Positions 1 through 10,754 of a stretch of DNA of 64,000 nucleotides are shown piece by piece. Position numbers and translations under genes: made by a program. The notes beneath the pieces are model-generated. The model was not told the DNA's origin, did not search any database, and saw only the letters and a list, made by a program, of their open reading frames with translations. Position 1 is the first letter of the stretch. Each line of letters begins with the position of its first letter. Source of the DNA: Mobula birostris (lineage: Eukaryota); the NCBI RefSeq assembly GCF_030028105.1, contig NC_092376.1, positions 170,777,613-170,841,612 of the forward strand, in the 5' to 3' direction.

Positions 1-185
1 TGTCCCTGGAGCATTTTTCATCCCAAAGGGTAAAACATTATATTCATACAGTCCAGATGGTGTTGCAAAGGTAGATATTTCTCTAGCCCTTTCAGTCAAA
101 GGAACACCCCAGTATCCTTTTAACAGGTCATTTTTTGTGAGGTACTTAGCCTTTCCCACTTTATCAATACAGTCATCCACTCTCT
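1..185 (-). pseudogene. Gypsy reverse transcriptase fragment
   Basis: Hand translation of the minus strand gives DLLKGYW-like and LPFGMKNAP motifs. Not in the ORF track. Confidence 0.85.
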
Positions 186-802
186 TTCCTTTTTTTTTCT
201 TGTTTCTAATTTCTTGTTCAACCATTTTACTTTCCTCTAAATGCATTCTGTAAGGATGCTCTTTGATCAGCTGGGCTGAATTTACAATGACGTTATGCAC
301 TGCAGCTGTATACCGTCTTGGAATGTCAGGAAATAAATCTTTATGCTTGTTAATTAATTCTTTCAATTATTTTTGTGGTGCAGGCTGCAACTGATGGACC
401 TTGTCAGCAATATTTTTCAAAACAATAATGTTTGCGAGCTTTGTAAAGACTACACTGAGTACATTACAATTATCTGGTATCTCGGTACCAGCCTTCACGA
501 CTCCATTTGTTTTCATAACAGTACTCAGAGGTGCTATTCTATCAAACCAATTTTCCATTTTAATTTGAACATTCTGCAAACTCTGTTTTGCAAGGTCACC
601 AACCTTGTTAAATCATTCCCAAAATTTCAAAACATGATTAAGCACACTGACACATACTTTTGGGTTAGACCACTGCTCTGAGCAAGGTCAAAGTTCCTTT
701 GGGCCTATGGCCGAAAATGAGTTCAAACAAATTAAACCCTAATGTTTCTTGAATCGAATACCTAACAGCAAATAAGAGCATTATTTACTCATCCCAGTTT
801 TT

Positions 803-1438
803 TCACTTTTCCACACAATATGTTTTAATCATGGTCTTAAGAGTGGAGTTGAACCATTCCCAGGCTCCCTCGGACTCTGTGTGATATGCAGATGACACAC
901 TGTGCTTAGCTCCCAGTTCTCCAACTATCCCCTGGAACATTCTCGAAGTAAAGTTACTACCCTGGTCAAATTGAATCTCTTTGGGCAGACCTACCAGTGT
1001 GAAAAACTTACTGAATGCTTTAATCACAGTCTTGGCCTGGATGTTTCTGACAGACACAGCTTCAGGAAACGTAGACACAGCACACATAATTGTTAACAAG
1101 TACTGATGACCAGCTGCAGCCTTTGGCAATGGGCCAACACAATCCACTATGACCCTGGAAAAAGGTTCACCAAAAGCAGGTATCGGTTTAAGTGGTGCTA
1201 CTTGAATAACCTGATTAGGTTTCCCCTCAACCTGGCAGGTATGGCAAGTCCTGTAAAAATTCACAACATCCTTTCTTAAATTAGGCCAATAGAATTCCTT
1301 TATAACCCTGTTCACTGTCTTTCTCACTCCAAAATGTCCACCTAAAGGCATACTATGAGCCGTGTTTAAAATTTCAGCCCTGTAAACCTTTGGAACCACT
1401 ACCTGGTGCACAATAGCCCAATCCCCACTTGCAGGCAC
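803..1438 (-). pseudogene. Gypsy integrase (H2C2 zinc finger plus catalytic core)
   Basis: 211-aa ORF with AHSMPLGGHFGV, CHTC, VIVDCVGPLP, FDQGSNFTS and SAYHTESEG. Confidence 0.9.
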
Positions 1439-2545
1439 AGTGGCTGGTCTTCATTTCCTCATCAACACCCCATCTTTAAGGTAGTATCCTATTGACTTGC
1501 TCTGAACCTCCTCTTCTGTGAGAGCTGTCTCCTTTAAAGCCACCATTTCAGAATCTCAATTCCGTTCCTCTATAAATTCCTTCCTGGATAAGGACAAGCT
1601 ATTCTTATCCACCTTACTCTCATTAGCCTTCCTACCCTCTAAGTCCTGCTGGAATAGGGAAGGTAGAAAAGTCTCTGATAAATCATCATGATTTAAACCC
1701 CTGGTTTTGCTATCATGGACCTCAGCAGACTTTCTAAACATGCTTCAAGTGACTGCGCATGTGGGATAAATTTCAGTCTTTCTGTGTGGATCATTAGCAA
1801 CAGCTTTGCTCGTTAGCTGAACTGCTGAATCAACATTACCTTGAATAGGTTTTAACCTCCCCGCAATGTTTACTAAACTCAGCACTATCACCAGACTCAC
1901 AAAAACCATGTGTATGTTGTGAAAAATGCCAAACAATCCATTTATTTTGTTCCTACAAACTTTATCTCGATTTGTCTCCATAGTAATCTCTTTAAATGGC
2001 TTCTCAAAACCAAAACAATCCCCTTTCTCCACATCACAATCGTGAACAACATCATAACCTTGAAGGTATTTACATCCAAATGTTAAAACAAAATTCACCA
2101 GAGTGGCACATACTTCCTCAGCAGGCCCTTGTCCTGCAAGCAGGGTCAAAGGTTATGAAACCAATCCAACCTTCACAAGTACTTTATTCAAAAGTCCAGA
2201 AACAACACTTTTCTCAATATCTTCAGTAACACTTACCTCATCAATTTTCATCTCATCACTAACTTTTTGAACACCGTATAATACAAATGACTGAGAATCC
2301 TCAATTTCCACTGGTACCAAGGTTAACCCCTCATTCACTGAACCAAAACCATCTGACACAAAAGAACTGTGTTCATTTCCAACCGAGTCAGACACCTCAG
2401 ACCTTAACTGAGTTTCAACACAAGGTTCAGTACCCTGTGAATCCACAGGTACTTCAACAACCTGAACACAGGCAATCGGGACAGCTGCCTCTCCTGGGCT
2501 TTCATCACTGGCCCCAGTTTCAAATTCAAGGTCACCCCAAATCTC

Positions 2546-3189
2546 TCAGCTACTCTCTGACAAACTCTCATCCAGAGCAAACTCAACCTCGTGAGTTAAA
2601 GCAAACTCGTCTGCTGCCTTAGCAGACCCCCGCAGGGTGGCAGCATCCTCTTCATCTAGGCAGACCCTTACATCCGCAGGTACACAACTTTTAAATTTTC
2701 CAATCATAGCCAGCTCTTCCAAGCTGTAAAAATCAGCAGGGTGTAACACTAAACCTCTTTGCTGCAACATCTCCCTCTCGAACTGTCTCTGTCTTTCTGC
2801 TTCTCTCTGCTTCACTGCCCCTTCCCTCTGCTTGTCTGCCTCTCTAGCCTCGAGCTGTTTCAGTTGCAACTCATGCTGTCTTTTCCTATTCTCAGCCTCC
2901 AGCCTGAATTGCTCTACCTGAAGCTGAATCTCAGCCTCAGTAGATTTACCTTCAGCGAATAACTCTATAACACCTCCTCTTCAAACTTTCCCTTAGCTAT
3001 ATAATGCTGGGCTATGACCGTCTGCATCTGAGCTTTCCTCATTTTAGTGGTTACCTTTAGTCTTAACTTTTGAGCGATTGCCAACAGCACAACCCTTGTA
3101 GCATCATCCAATGCCTCAGGAGTTGGTTCCAACAGAAACCTCTCAACACTAATGTCCATTTCTGCTGTTTTTCCACACAAGCAAATCAA
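2546..3189 (-). pseudogene. Gmr1-type gag fragments (coiled coil plus SCAN-like capsid remnant)
   Basis: MDISVERFLLEPTPEAL... N-terminus, an E/R/Q-rich coiled coil, and KFKSCVPADVRVCLDEEDAATLRGSAKAADEFALTH. Confidence 0.7.
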
Positions 3190-3284
3190 AAGGGATTTTC
3201 CCCAATCAATTCAAATAAGCTCCCACACAATTTTTAGAATTGCTCCCACCAATTTGTTCATTTCCCGGATGCAGGCCCTAATTT

Positions 3285-3446
3285 TGTCACATACCCCATG
3301 GCGGGTTAAAGAACCATAACACCATCTCCAAGCAATCTTTGCCCCTCTCTCTCTTAATAACAAGGTGTCTGTGTTGGACACCTCTCTCTTTCTCTCTTTC
3401 TCTTTTGAAAGCACAGTTCATAGGGATAATTCAGAATCCCGTCACA
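3285..3446 (-). repeat. 5' LTR (162 bp) of the Gmr1-like element, followed by a degenerate tRNA-Pro PBS at 3263..3284
   Basis: Minus strand reads TGTGAC...GTGACA, then AAATTAGGGCCTGCATCCGGGA, which resembles the TGGGGGCTCGTCCGGGA Pro PBS. Confidence 0.65.
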
Positions 3447-3551
3447 GATCCAAGTGCTGATAACGGGCTCATCCCGAGTTCAGTTCGAGCCTGATCATTG
3501 GATGGTAAATGTCACCACCCACTCTGAATCTCATTGGTCTGTTTCTCACAG

Positions 3552-3731
3552 TTGAGGCGGGACCACGGTGGACTGTGGAGGGCAGTGATGTCACCCTCAG
3601 CTGTACCATCTCCAGACTCCCAGATACCGTCAGTCTCCACTGGAAACCAGTGGGCTCATCCCAGCAGAACAGGAGAAACACTGATCAGATCCGGCTCAAT
3701 AACATCGTCTATCTGATGGTCCGACACATTA
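3552..3731 (+). pseudogene. 3'-truncated paralogous Ig C2 exon (copy of exon 62437..62706)
   Basis: Acceptor tttctcacag at 3551, then VEAGPRWTVEGSDVTLSCTISRLPDTVSLHWKPVGSSQQNRRNTDQIRLNN. Homology to 62355..62615 includes 82 nt of intron and stops abruptly near 3731, before the second Cys and with no donor site. Confidence 0.9.
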
Positions 3732-4087
3732 AGTGTGATTAGATATTAATGAGGCTCTATTGTCATTGGTGGCTCAAGTGATAGTGCTTTGGGAGAACAG
3801 GGAAGACTGGTACAATGTTGTGCTGGTGCACCATTACCGGAGATACAAATAACTCTGAATCAGTTCCATAGCTGGGATATTGTCTGATCCCTTTTCCCTT
3901 TGTTGTACACAATATTCTCAGCCAACTCTTAACACCAAAAGTTTGAAGGATAGTTTGTAAACTAAACTAACCAGGTTATGTATCTAACAAAGGACCTTGG
4001 ACACAGTTATTTCTGTACCGTGTGTCTATCAGCAGGCAGCAGATCCACAGTGGACTGTAGACTGTGGCCAAGTGTCCTCATGCATAA

Positions 4088-4640
4088 ATAGCAATGTTCA
4101 AAAGGAACAACACACACAAAATGCTGGAGAAACTCAGAAGGTCAGACAGCTTCTATGGAGGGAAATAAAGAGTGGATGTTTTGGGCTGAGACCCTTCATC
4201 GGGATTGGAAACAAAAGGGAAGAAGTCAGAGTAAGGTGGTGTGGGAAGTTGTTAAACGTACAATCTGGCAGGTGATAGGTGAGACTAGGTTCGGGCGGTG
4301 GAGTGGGGGTAAACTGGATGGGTGAGGGATGGGGGATGAAATAAGAAGATGCAAGTTGATTGGTGGAAGAGAATAAAGGATGAAGAAGAAGGAAGGTGAC
4401 AAGAAAGGACAGTGGGTCATGGAAGAAAGGGAGGGAAGTGGAATACTAGAGTGAGGTGATGGGCAGGTGGGCAGGTGAGGAGAGAGAATAGATGAGAGGA
4501 GAACCAGAATTGGAAGTAGAAAAGGAGAGTGGGGGGTGGGGGAGAGAAATTACCAGAAGTTAGAAAAATGGATGTTCATGCCATGAGGACGGAATATGAG
4601 GTGTTGCTTCTCCAACCTGTGTGTTGGCCTCATTCTAGCA
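4088..4640 (-). mobile_element. Penelope-like element 3' remnant
   Basis: GIY-YIG C-terminal motif RLEKQHLIFR..GMNIHFSNF, a purine-rich tract, and a pseudo-LTR end (aaaatgctggagaaactcag...). Confidence 0.75.
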
Positions 4641-4644
4641 GTAA

Positions 4645-5805
4645 TTGTTGCAGACCGCAGTTGGTTTGGATTGGCAATAACATCTCCTCCATGATCTCCA
4701 TCAGCACAGGTGCACCACAAGGCTGTGTGCTTAGTCCCTTGTCCCATACTTTCCACTTTACACTTATGACTGTGTGGCTGAACACAGCTTCGATGCCATA
4801 CTCAAGTTTGCTGACAACATCACTGTCATATGCTGAATCAAACGTGGAGATGAGTCAGCATATGTATAGGAGGGTGATTGAAAATCTGGCTGAGTGTTGC
4901 CATAACAATAACTTCTTTACTCAACGTCAGCAAGACCAAAGTGATGATTATTGTCTTCAAGAGGAGGAAATCAGAGGTCCATAAACCAGTCCTCATTGGA
5001 GGATCAGACATGAAGAGTGTCAGCATCTTTAAATCTGTCAGTGAAATTATGATGGAGAACCTACCTGAGCCCAGCTCGTAAATGTAATTATGAAGAAAAC
5101 ACAACAGTGCTTCTTCTTCCTGAGGAGTTTGTGAAGATTCGGCATGACATCTAAAACCTTGACACACATCTATAGATATGTATATTGACTGGCTGCATCA
5201 CAGCCTGTTATGGAAACACTCATGCCCTTGAACAGAAAATCCTACATAAAGTAGGTAAAAAGTGCTCAATGGGTAAGGGCCTTCCACCACTGAGCACATC
5301 TACACAGGAAGTTAGTGTCAGAAAGAAATATCCACGATCAGGGACCACCACCACCCCAGTCATGCTCTCTTGTCACTGCTGCCGTCAGGAAGAAGATGCA
5401 GGAATCTAAGGACTCATAGAACCAGGTTCAGATACAGTTATTGCCCTTCAACCGTCAGGCTCTTGAACCACTGGGGATAACTTTACTCAATTTCACATGC
5501 CCCATCATTGAAATGTACTCACAACTAAGAGACTTACTTTCATGTTCTCATCATCTCATGCTTTTGATATTTATTTCTTATTTTTTATTGTTATTATTAT
5601 TATTATTATTTATTTCTGTATTTGCATAGTTTGTTGCCTTTTGCAAAATTTTCAAACATCCAAGTTAGTGTGGTCTTTCATTGATTCTACTATGGTTATT
5701 AATCTATGAAGGATTTATTGAGTATGTCTACAAGAAAATGAATCTCAGCATTGTATATGCTGGCATATATGTATTGTGATAATAAATTTACTTTGAATTT
5801 TGAAC
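4645..5805 (+). mobile_element. Rex1/Babar-type LINE, 5'-truncated
   Basis: WIGNNISSMISISTGAPQGCVLSPL, NVSKTK and TGCITACYGN motifs; 3' tail aataaatttactttgaattttgaa. Confidence 0.75.
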
Positions 5806-5809
5806 CCTC

Positions 5810-6430
5810 TGTAAAAGTTGCTACTCAAGTCCCTTTTAATTCTTTCCTCTGTTATCATAGATCTATGTCCTCTAGATTTAAACTCCCCTACCCTGAAGAA
5901 AGTACAAAGTCCATAAGACCATTAAGTATCGGAGTAAAATCAGCCTATTCAACTCATTGAGCTCCATTGTTCTATCATGGCTGATTTATGATCCATGTTA
6001 ACCCCATTCTCCTGCCTTTTCCCTGTAACCTTTGACACTGACATGACCATCACAGTCAACTGTGGCAATCAATTCAACAGATACAACACACATTGACAAA
6101 AGAAATTCCTCATTATCTCTATTTTAAGGGGCATCCTTCTATTTAGAGTTGAGGCCCTCTGGATCTATACTCTCCCACAATGGGAAACATCATCTCCAGG
6201 TCCACTCTAACTAGGCATTTGAATTTTTAATAGGTTTCAATGAGAAGCCCCTCCCACCACCTTATCCTACTGTGAGTGCAGGCCCAGAGCCATCAAACAC
6301 TCCTCATACGTAAACCCTTTCGTTCCCAGGTCATTCTCGTGAACTTCCTCTAGATCAGGGATTCCCAATCCTTTTTATTCCATGGACCCCAGGTTGGGAA
6401 TCCCTGCTCTAGACCCTCTCCAATGTTACC
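5810..6430 (-). mobile_element. CR1 3' remnant
   Basis: CR1 tail (cataagaccattaag...) and decayed RT C-terminal sequence. Confidence 0.6.
6356..6406. mobile_element. 51-bp hAT (Charlie/Buster-type) MITE
   Basis: Perfect 13-bp TIRs CAGGGATTCCCAA / TTGGGAATCCCTG; 8-bp TSD ctctagat (6348..6355) / ctctagac (6407..6414), fitting the nTCTAGAn Charlie-type target. Confidence 0.9.
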
Positions 6431-6440
6431 GGTAGTTACA

Positions 6441-6636
6441 GTCGTACCATGGTAGCATCGTGTTTTGGTGATGCTATTACAGCTCGGAGTGTTCTTCAGT
6501 TTGGAGTTCAATTCAGGCGCTGTCTGTAAGGAGTCTGTACATTCTCCATAGGAACTACATGATTTTCCTCCCACAATCCAAAGACATACCAGTCAGTAAG
6601 TTAATTGGTCATTGTAAATTGTCCTGTGATTAGGCC
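6441..6636 (+). mobile_element. tRNA-derived V-SINE (HE1-like)
   Basis: A-box-like ggtagcatcgtg, B-box-like ggagttcaattc, and V-domain core ttcctcccacaatccaaagac. Confidence 0.65.
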
Positions 6637-6769
6637 GATGTCTGTTACTTCCTCAAAGAATTCCAACAGGTAATACTTCCCTTCAAAGAAACTAGGCTAA
6701 CTTCGTCCTTTTTTGTCACGTGCCTCCAAGTACCATGAAACAAAGGGAGGGTGAACAGCCAAAAGCCTT

Positions 6770-7230
6770 CGTACTTATTGGCACCAATGATCTTGGTAGA
6801 AAAAACAAGGAGGCCCTGAAGAGAGAATTTAGGGAGAAAGCTGAAAAGCAGGACCTCCAGGGTAGTCATCTTTAGGTTTCCCACCTCTGCCACACGCCAG
6901 TGAGGGTAGGAATAGGATAACTTGGCAGATGAATACATGGCTAAGAATCTGGTGCAAGGGGCAGGGTTAGAGATTTCTGGACATTGGGATACCTTCTGGG
7001 GAAGTCATGTGATGTGCACAAAAGGGAAAGTTACACCTGAACCTGAGGGAGGGGTGAATGTCCTTGTAGGCAGCTTTGCTGGAGCATTTGGTGAGGGTTT
7101 AAATTAATTTGTTAGGGAGTTGGAATTGGAATAATAAGGCTGATGATAGCTTATAAGCAAAGGAAAAGTGTGGTGGGGCTGTCAGGAAGGACAGGGAGAT
7201 GATTGGGCAAAATTGCAGTCAGTGGGATGA
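6770..7230 (+). mobile_element. CR1 ORF1 esterase fragment
   Basis: Decayed copy of the region at 37280..37650 (IGTND-like motif, VVI.G, W..FWG, HLN-like segment). Confidence 0.55.
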
Positions 7231-7244
7231 GTTGCAGTGTAAAA

Positions 7245-10200
7245 ACATAGAAACATACAAAGAGAAAATAGCTGCAGGAGTAGGCTATTTGGTCCTTCGA
7301 GACTGCACCACCATTCTGTACGATCATGGCTGATCATCCAACTTAGAACCTGCTTTCTCTCCATACCCCCGATCCCTTTAGCCCAGGGGTCCCCAACCTT
7401 TTTCACACTGCGGACCGGTTTCATATTGAGAATATTCTTGTGGACTGGCCGACCGGGGGGGACAGTGTGGTGGTAGGGTTGCCAACGGACAAGAGTAGCA
7501 GTCAAATACGCTCTGTTTTCCCCATGAAAAGCTACAATGACCATGAAGCCTTGCGCTGGCACCAGTGCGCATGCGTGATTTGACATGCGTGTACTATTTT
7601 TCTACAAATTGCTTTTGGCGATTCTGCTCGGGGGGGGGGGGGTCTTATTCACGACCGGAATATCGGTGATAAGTGGCTAATACACTCAATTTCCTTTATA
7701 AAAGGGTTTACCTAACGAATTTAATATTAAACACACAGCGCATATTTTCCTCACATGAATATAGTGATAAGTCAATTATCAGGGGAGCTTGAAGTAAGTG
7801 TTGAAGTGGTAGAGGCAGGTTCGATATTATCATTCAAAGGAAAATTAGAATAGCGTTAAAGTTAGAGTAGGTGAGAGTAGCGTTCGGCACGGACTAGAAG
7901 GGGAGAGATGGCCTGTTTCCGTGCTGTAATTGTTATATGGTTATATAAGTCAATAGCATCATAACATTTTAAGTAATGTTTGGATATTAAACACGCAGCA
8001 CATATTTTCCCCTATGAACATATAAAATCATTGCAACACACCAATATCGCTGAATCAGTGGGAGCCCTGGGCTTGTTTTCCTGCAACAACACGGTCCTGT
8101 CGAAGGGTGATGGGAGACAGCGATAGTCGAACGGGTTTCCTTATGTCCAGTCTGTTCCGCAGTTTAGTTTTCGTTGCATTCATTGCAGAGTTATGTTGGA
8201 AATGGAAGCAACGTTTTCAGTGCTTTCGTGGCTACCTTAGCCTTGACTTTGATCCAGAATGCCAGCAGAGATGTTATGTCAAACATACTTTCCAGCCCGC
8301 CGTCATTTGCAAGCTCGAGGAGTTGATCTCCTTCCTGCGCTGACATGAATGACGCGTGGGTAATGACCTCGCGTGCGTTCAAGTTCAACAGTGGCCGTGA
8401 CAGGGAATGAGGGAAGGTGCAGCTAACTCATATCGCCAAATCATATCGCTTCCTCGCGGCCCGGTAGCGCATGCTTTGCGACCTGGTACCGGTCCGTGGC
8501 CTGGTGGTTGGGGACCGCTGCTTTAGCCACAAGGACCATATCTAACTCCCTGTTAAATATAGCCAGTGAACTGGCCTCAACTGTTTCCTGTGGCAGAGAA
8601 TTCCACAGATTCACCACTCTCTGTGTGAAGAAGTTTTTCCTCATCTCGGTCCTAAAAGGCTTCCCCTTTATCCTCAAACTGTGACCCCTCGTTCTGGACT
8701 TCCCAAACATCGGGAACAATCTTCCTGCATCTAGCCTGTCCAATCCCTTTAGAATTTTATATGTTTCAATAAGATCCCCCCTCAATCGTCTAAATTCCAG
8801 AGAGTATAAGCCTAGTCGATCCAGTCTTTCATCATATGAAAGTCCTGCCATCCCAGGAATCAATCTGGTGAACCTACTTAGTACCCCCTCTATGGCAAGA
8901 ATGTCTTTCCTCAGATTAGGGGACCAAAATTGCACACAATACTCTAGGTGTGGTCTCACCAAGGCCTTGTACAACTGCAGTAGTACCTCCCTGCTCCTGT
9001 ACTCGAATCCTCTTGCTATGAATGCCAGCATACCATTCGCCTTTTTCACCGCCTGCTGTACCTGCATGACCACTTTCAATGATTAGTGTACAATGACACC
9101 CAGGTCTCGTTGCACCTCCCCTTTTCCTAATCGGCCACCATTCAGATAATAATCTGTTTTCCTGTTCTTGCCACCAAAGTGGATAACCTCACATTTATCC
9201 ACATTAAATTACATCTGCCATGAATTTGCCCATTCACCTAAACTATCCAAGTCACCCTGTATCCTCTTAGCATCCTCCTCACAGCTAACACTGCCGCCCA
9301 GCTTCATGTCATTCGCAAACTTGGAAATGCTGCATTTAATTCCATCGTCTAAGTCATTAATATATATTGTAAACAACTGGGGTCCCAGCACTGAGCCTTG
9401 CGGTACCCCACTAGTCACTGCCTGTCACTCTGAAAAGGTCCCGTTTATTCCCACTCTTTGCTTCCTGTCTTCCAACCAATTCTCTATCCACATCAATACC
9501 ATGCCCTCAATACCGTGTGCTTTAAGTTTGCACACTAATCTCCTGTGTGGAACCTTGTCAAAAGCCTTTTGAAAATCCAAATATACCACATCCACTGGTT
9601 CTCCCCTATCCACTCTACTAGTTACATCCTCAAAAATTTCTATGAGATTCGTCAGACATGATTTTCCTTTCACAAATCCATGCTGACTTTGTCCGACGAT
9701 TTCACCGCTTTCCAAATGTGCTGTTATCACATCTTTGATAACTGACTCTAGCAGTTTCCCCACCACTGATATCAGGCTTACTGGTCTGTAATTCCCCGGT
9801 TTCTCTCTCCCTCATTTTTTAAAAAGCGGGGTTACATTAGCCTCCCTCCAATCCTCAGGAAGTAATCCAAAATCTAAAGAGTTTTGAAAAATTATCACTA
9901 GTGCATCCACTATTTCTTGGGCTACTTCCTTAAGCACTCTGGAATGCAGACCATCTGGCCCTGGGGATTTATCTGCCTTCAGTCCCTTCAACTTACCTAA
10001 CACCACTTCCCTACTAACATGTATTTCCCTCAGTTCCTCCATCTCACTAGACCCTCGGTCCCCTACTATTTCCAGAAGATTATTTATGTCCTCCTTAGTG
10101 AAGGCAGAACCAAAGTAGTTATTCAATTGGTCTGCCATGTCCTTGTTCCCCATGATCAATTCACCTGTTTCTGTCTGTAAGGGGCCTACATTTGTCTTAA

Positions 10201-10660
10201 CCAATCCTTTTTTTGTCACATATCTATAAAAGCTTTTACAGTCAGTTTTTATGTTCCCTGCCAGCTTTCTCTCATAAACTTTTTTCCCTGTCCTAATTAA
10301 GCCCTTTGTCCTCCTCTGCTGGACTCTGAATTTCTCCCAGTCCTCAGGTGTGACGCTTTTTCTGGCTAATTTGTATGTTTCTTCTTTGGAATTAATACTA
10401 TCCCTAATTTCCCTTGTCAGCCATGGGCACACTACCCTCCCTGGTTTATTCTTTTGCCAAACTGGGATGAACAATTGTTGTAGTTCATCCATGTGACCTT
10501 TAAATGCTTGCCATTGCATATCCACCATCAACCCTTTCAGTATCATTTGCCAGTCTATTTTAGCTAATTCACGTCTCATACCTTCAAAGTTACCCTTCTT
10601 TAAGTTCAGAACCTTTGTTTCCGAATTAACTATATCACTCTCCATTTTAATGAAGGATTC
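7245..10660 (-). mobile_element. CR1 LINE, 5'-truncated, interrupted by a hAT element
   Basis: ORF2 pieces 9812..10771, 9425..9766, 9209..9418 and 8441..9079 (YLDFQKAFDKVPH, SGVPQGSVLGP, FANDMKL, RPHLEYC); (catagaaa)-type tail near 7245. Confidence 0.92.
7384..8520 (-). mobile_element. Non-autonomous hAT (Buster/Charlie) transposon with a transposase C-terminal remnant at 8055..8390
   Basis: TIRs CAGGGGTCCCCAACC / GGTTGGGGACCGCTG (14/15); perfect 8-bp TSD ctttagcc (7376..7383, 8521..8528); dimerisation-domain remnant DQLLELANDGG..FWIK..ATKALKTLLPFPT...TKTKLRNRLD...KQAQGSH*. Confidence 0.95.
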
Positions 10661-10754
10661 CACCATATTAAGAAAGGTGGACAAAATCGAAAAAGGTGAT
10701 GGATAAAGCACTGAAGGTGTTATTTGTTTGCACACAGGACACAGAATAAGGAAG

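Larger units (their letters stand above)
1..3446 (-). mobile_element. Gmr1-like Ty3/Gypsy LTR retrotransposon (decayed; order gag-IN-RT; runs off window start)
   Basis: On the minus strand, in order: LTR, tRNA-Pro-like primer-binding site (PBS), SCAN-like gag, zinc-finger/rve integrase (GGHFGVRKT...CHTC...VIVDCVGP...DQGSNF), then RT (RVDDCIDKVGKAKYLTK..LLKGYWGVPLTERAREISTFATPSGLYEYNVLPFGMKNAPGT at about 185..1). Confidence 0.85.

Noticed and set aside
5583-5610. (TTA)n run, plus (TA)n near 14690
   Set aside because: Ordinary microsatellites within or beside LINE tails.
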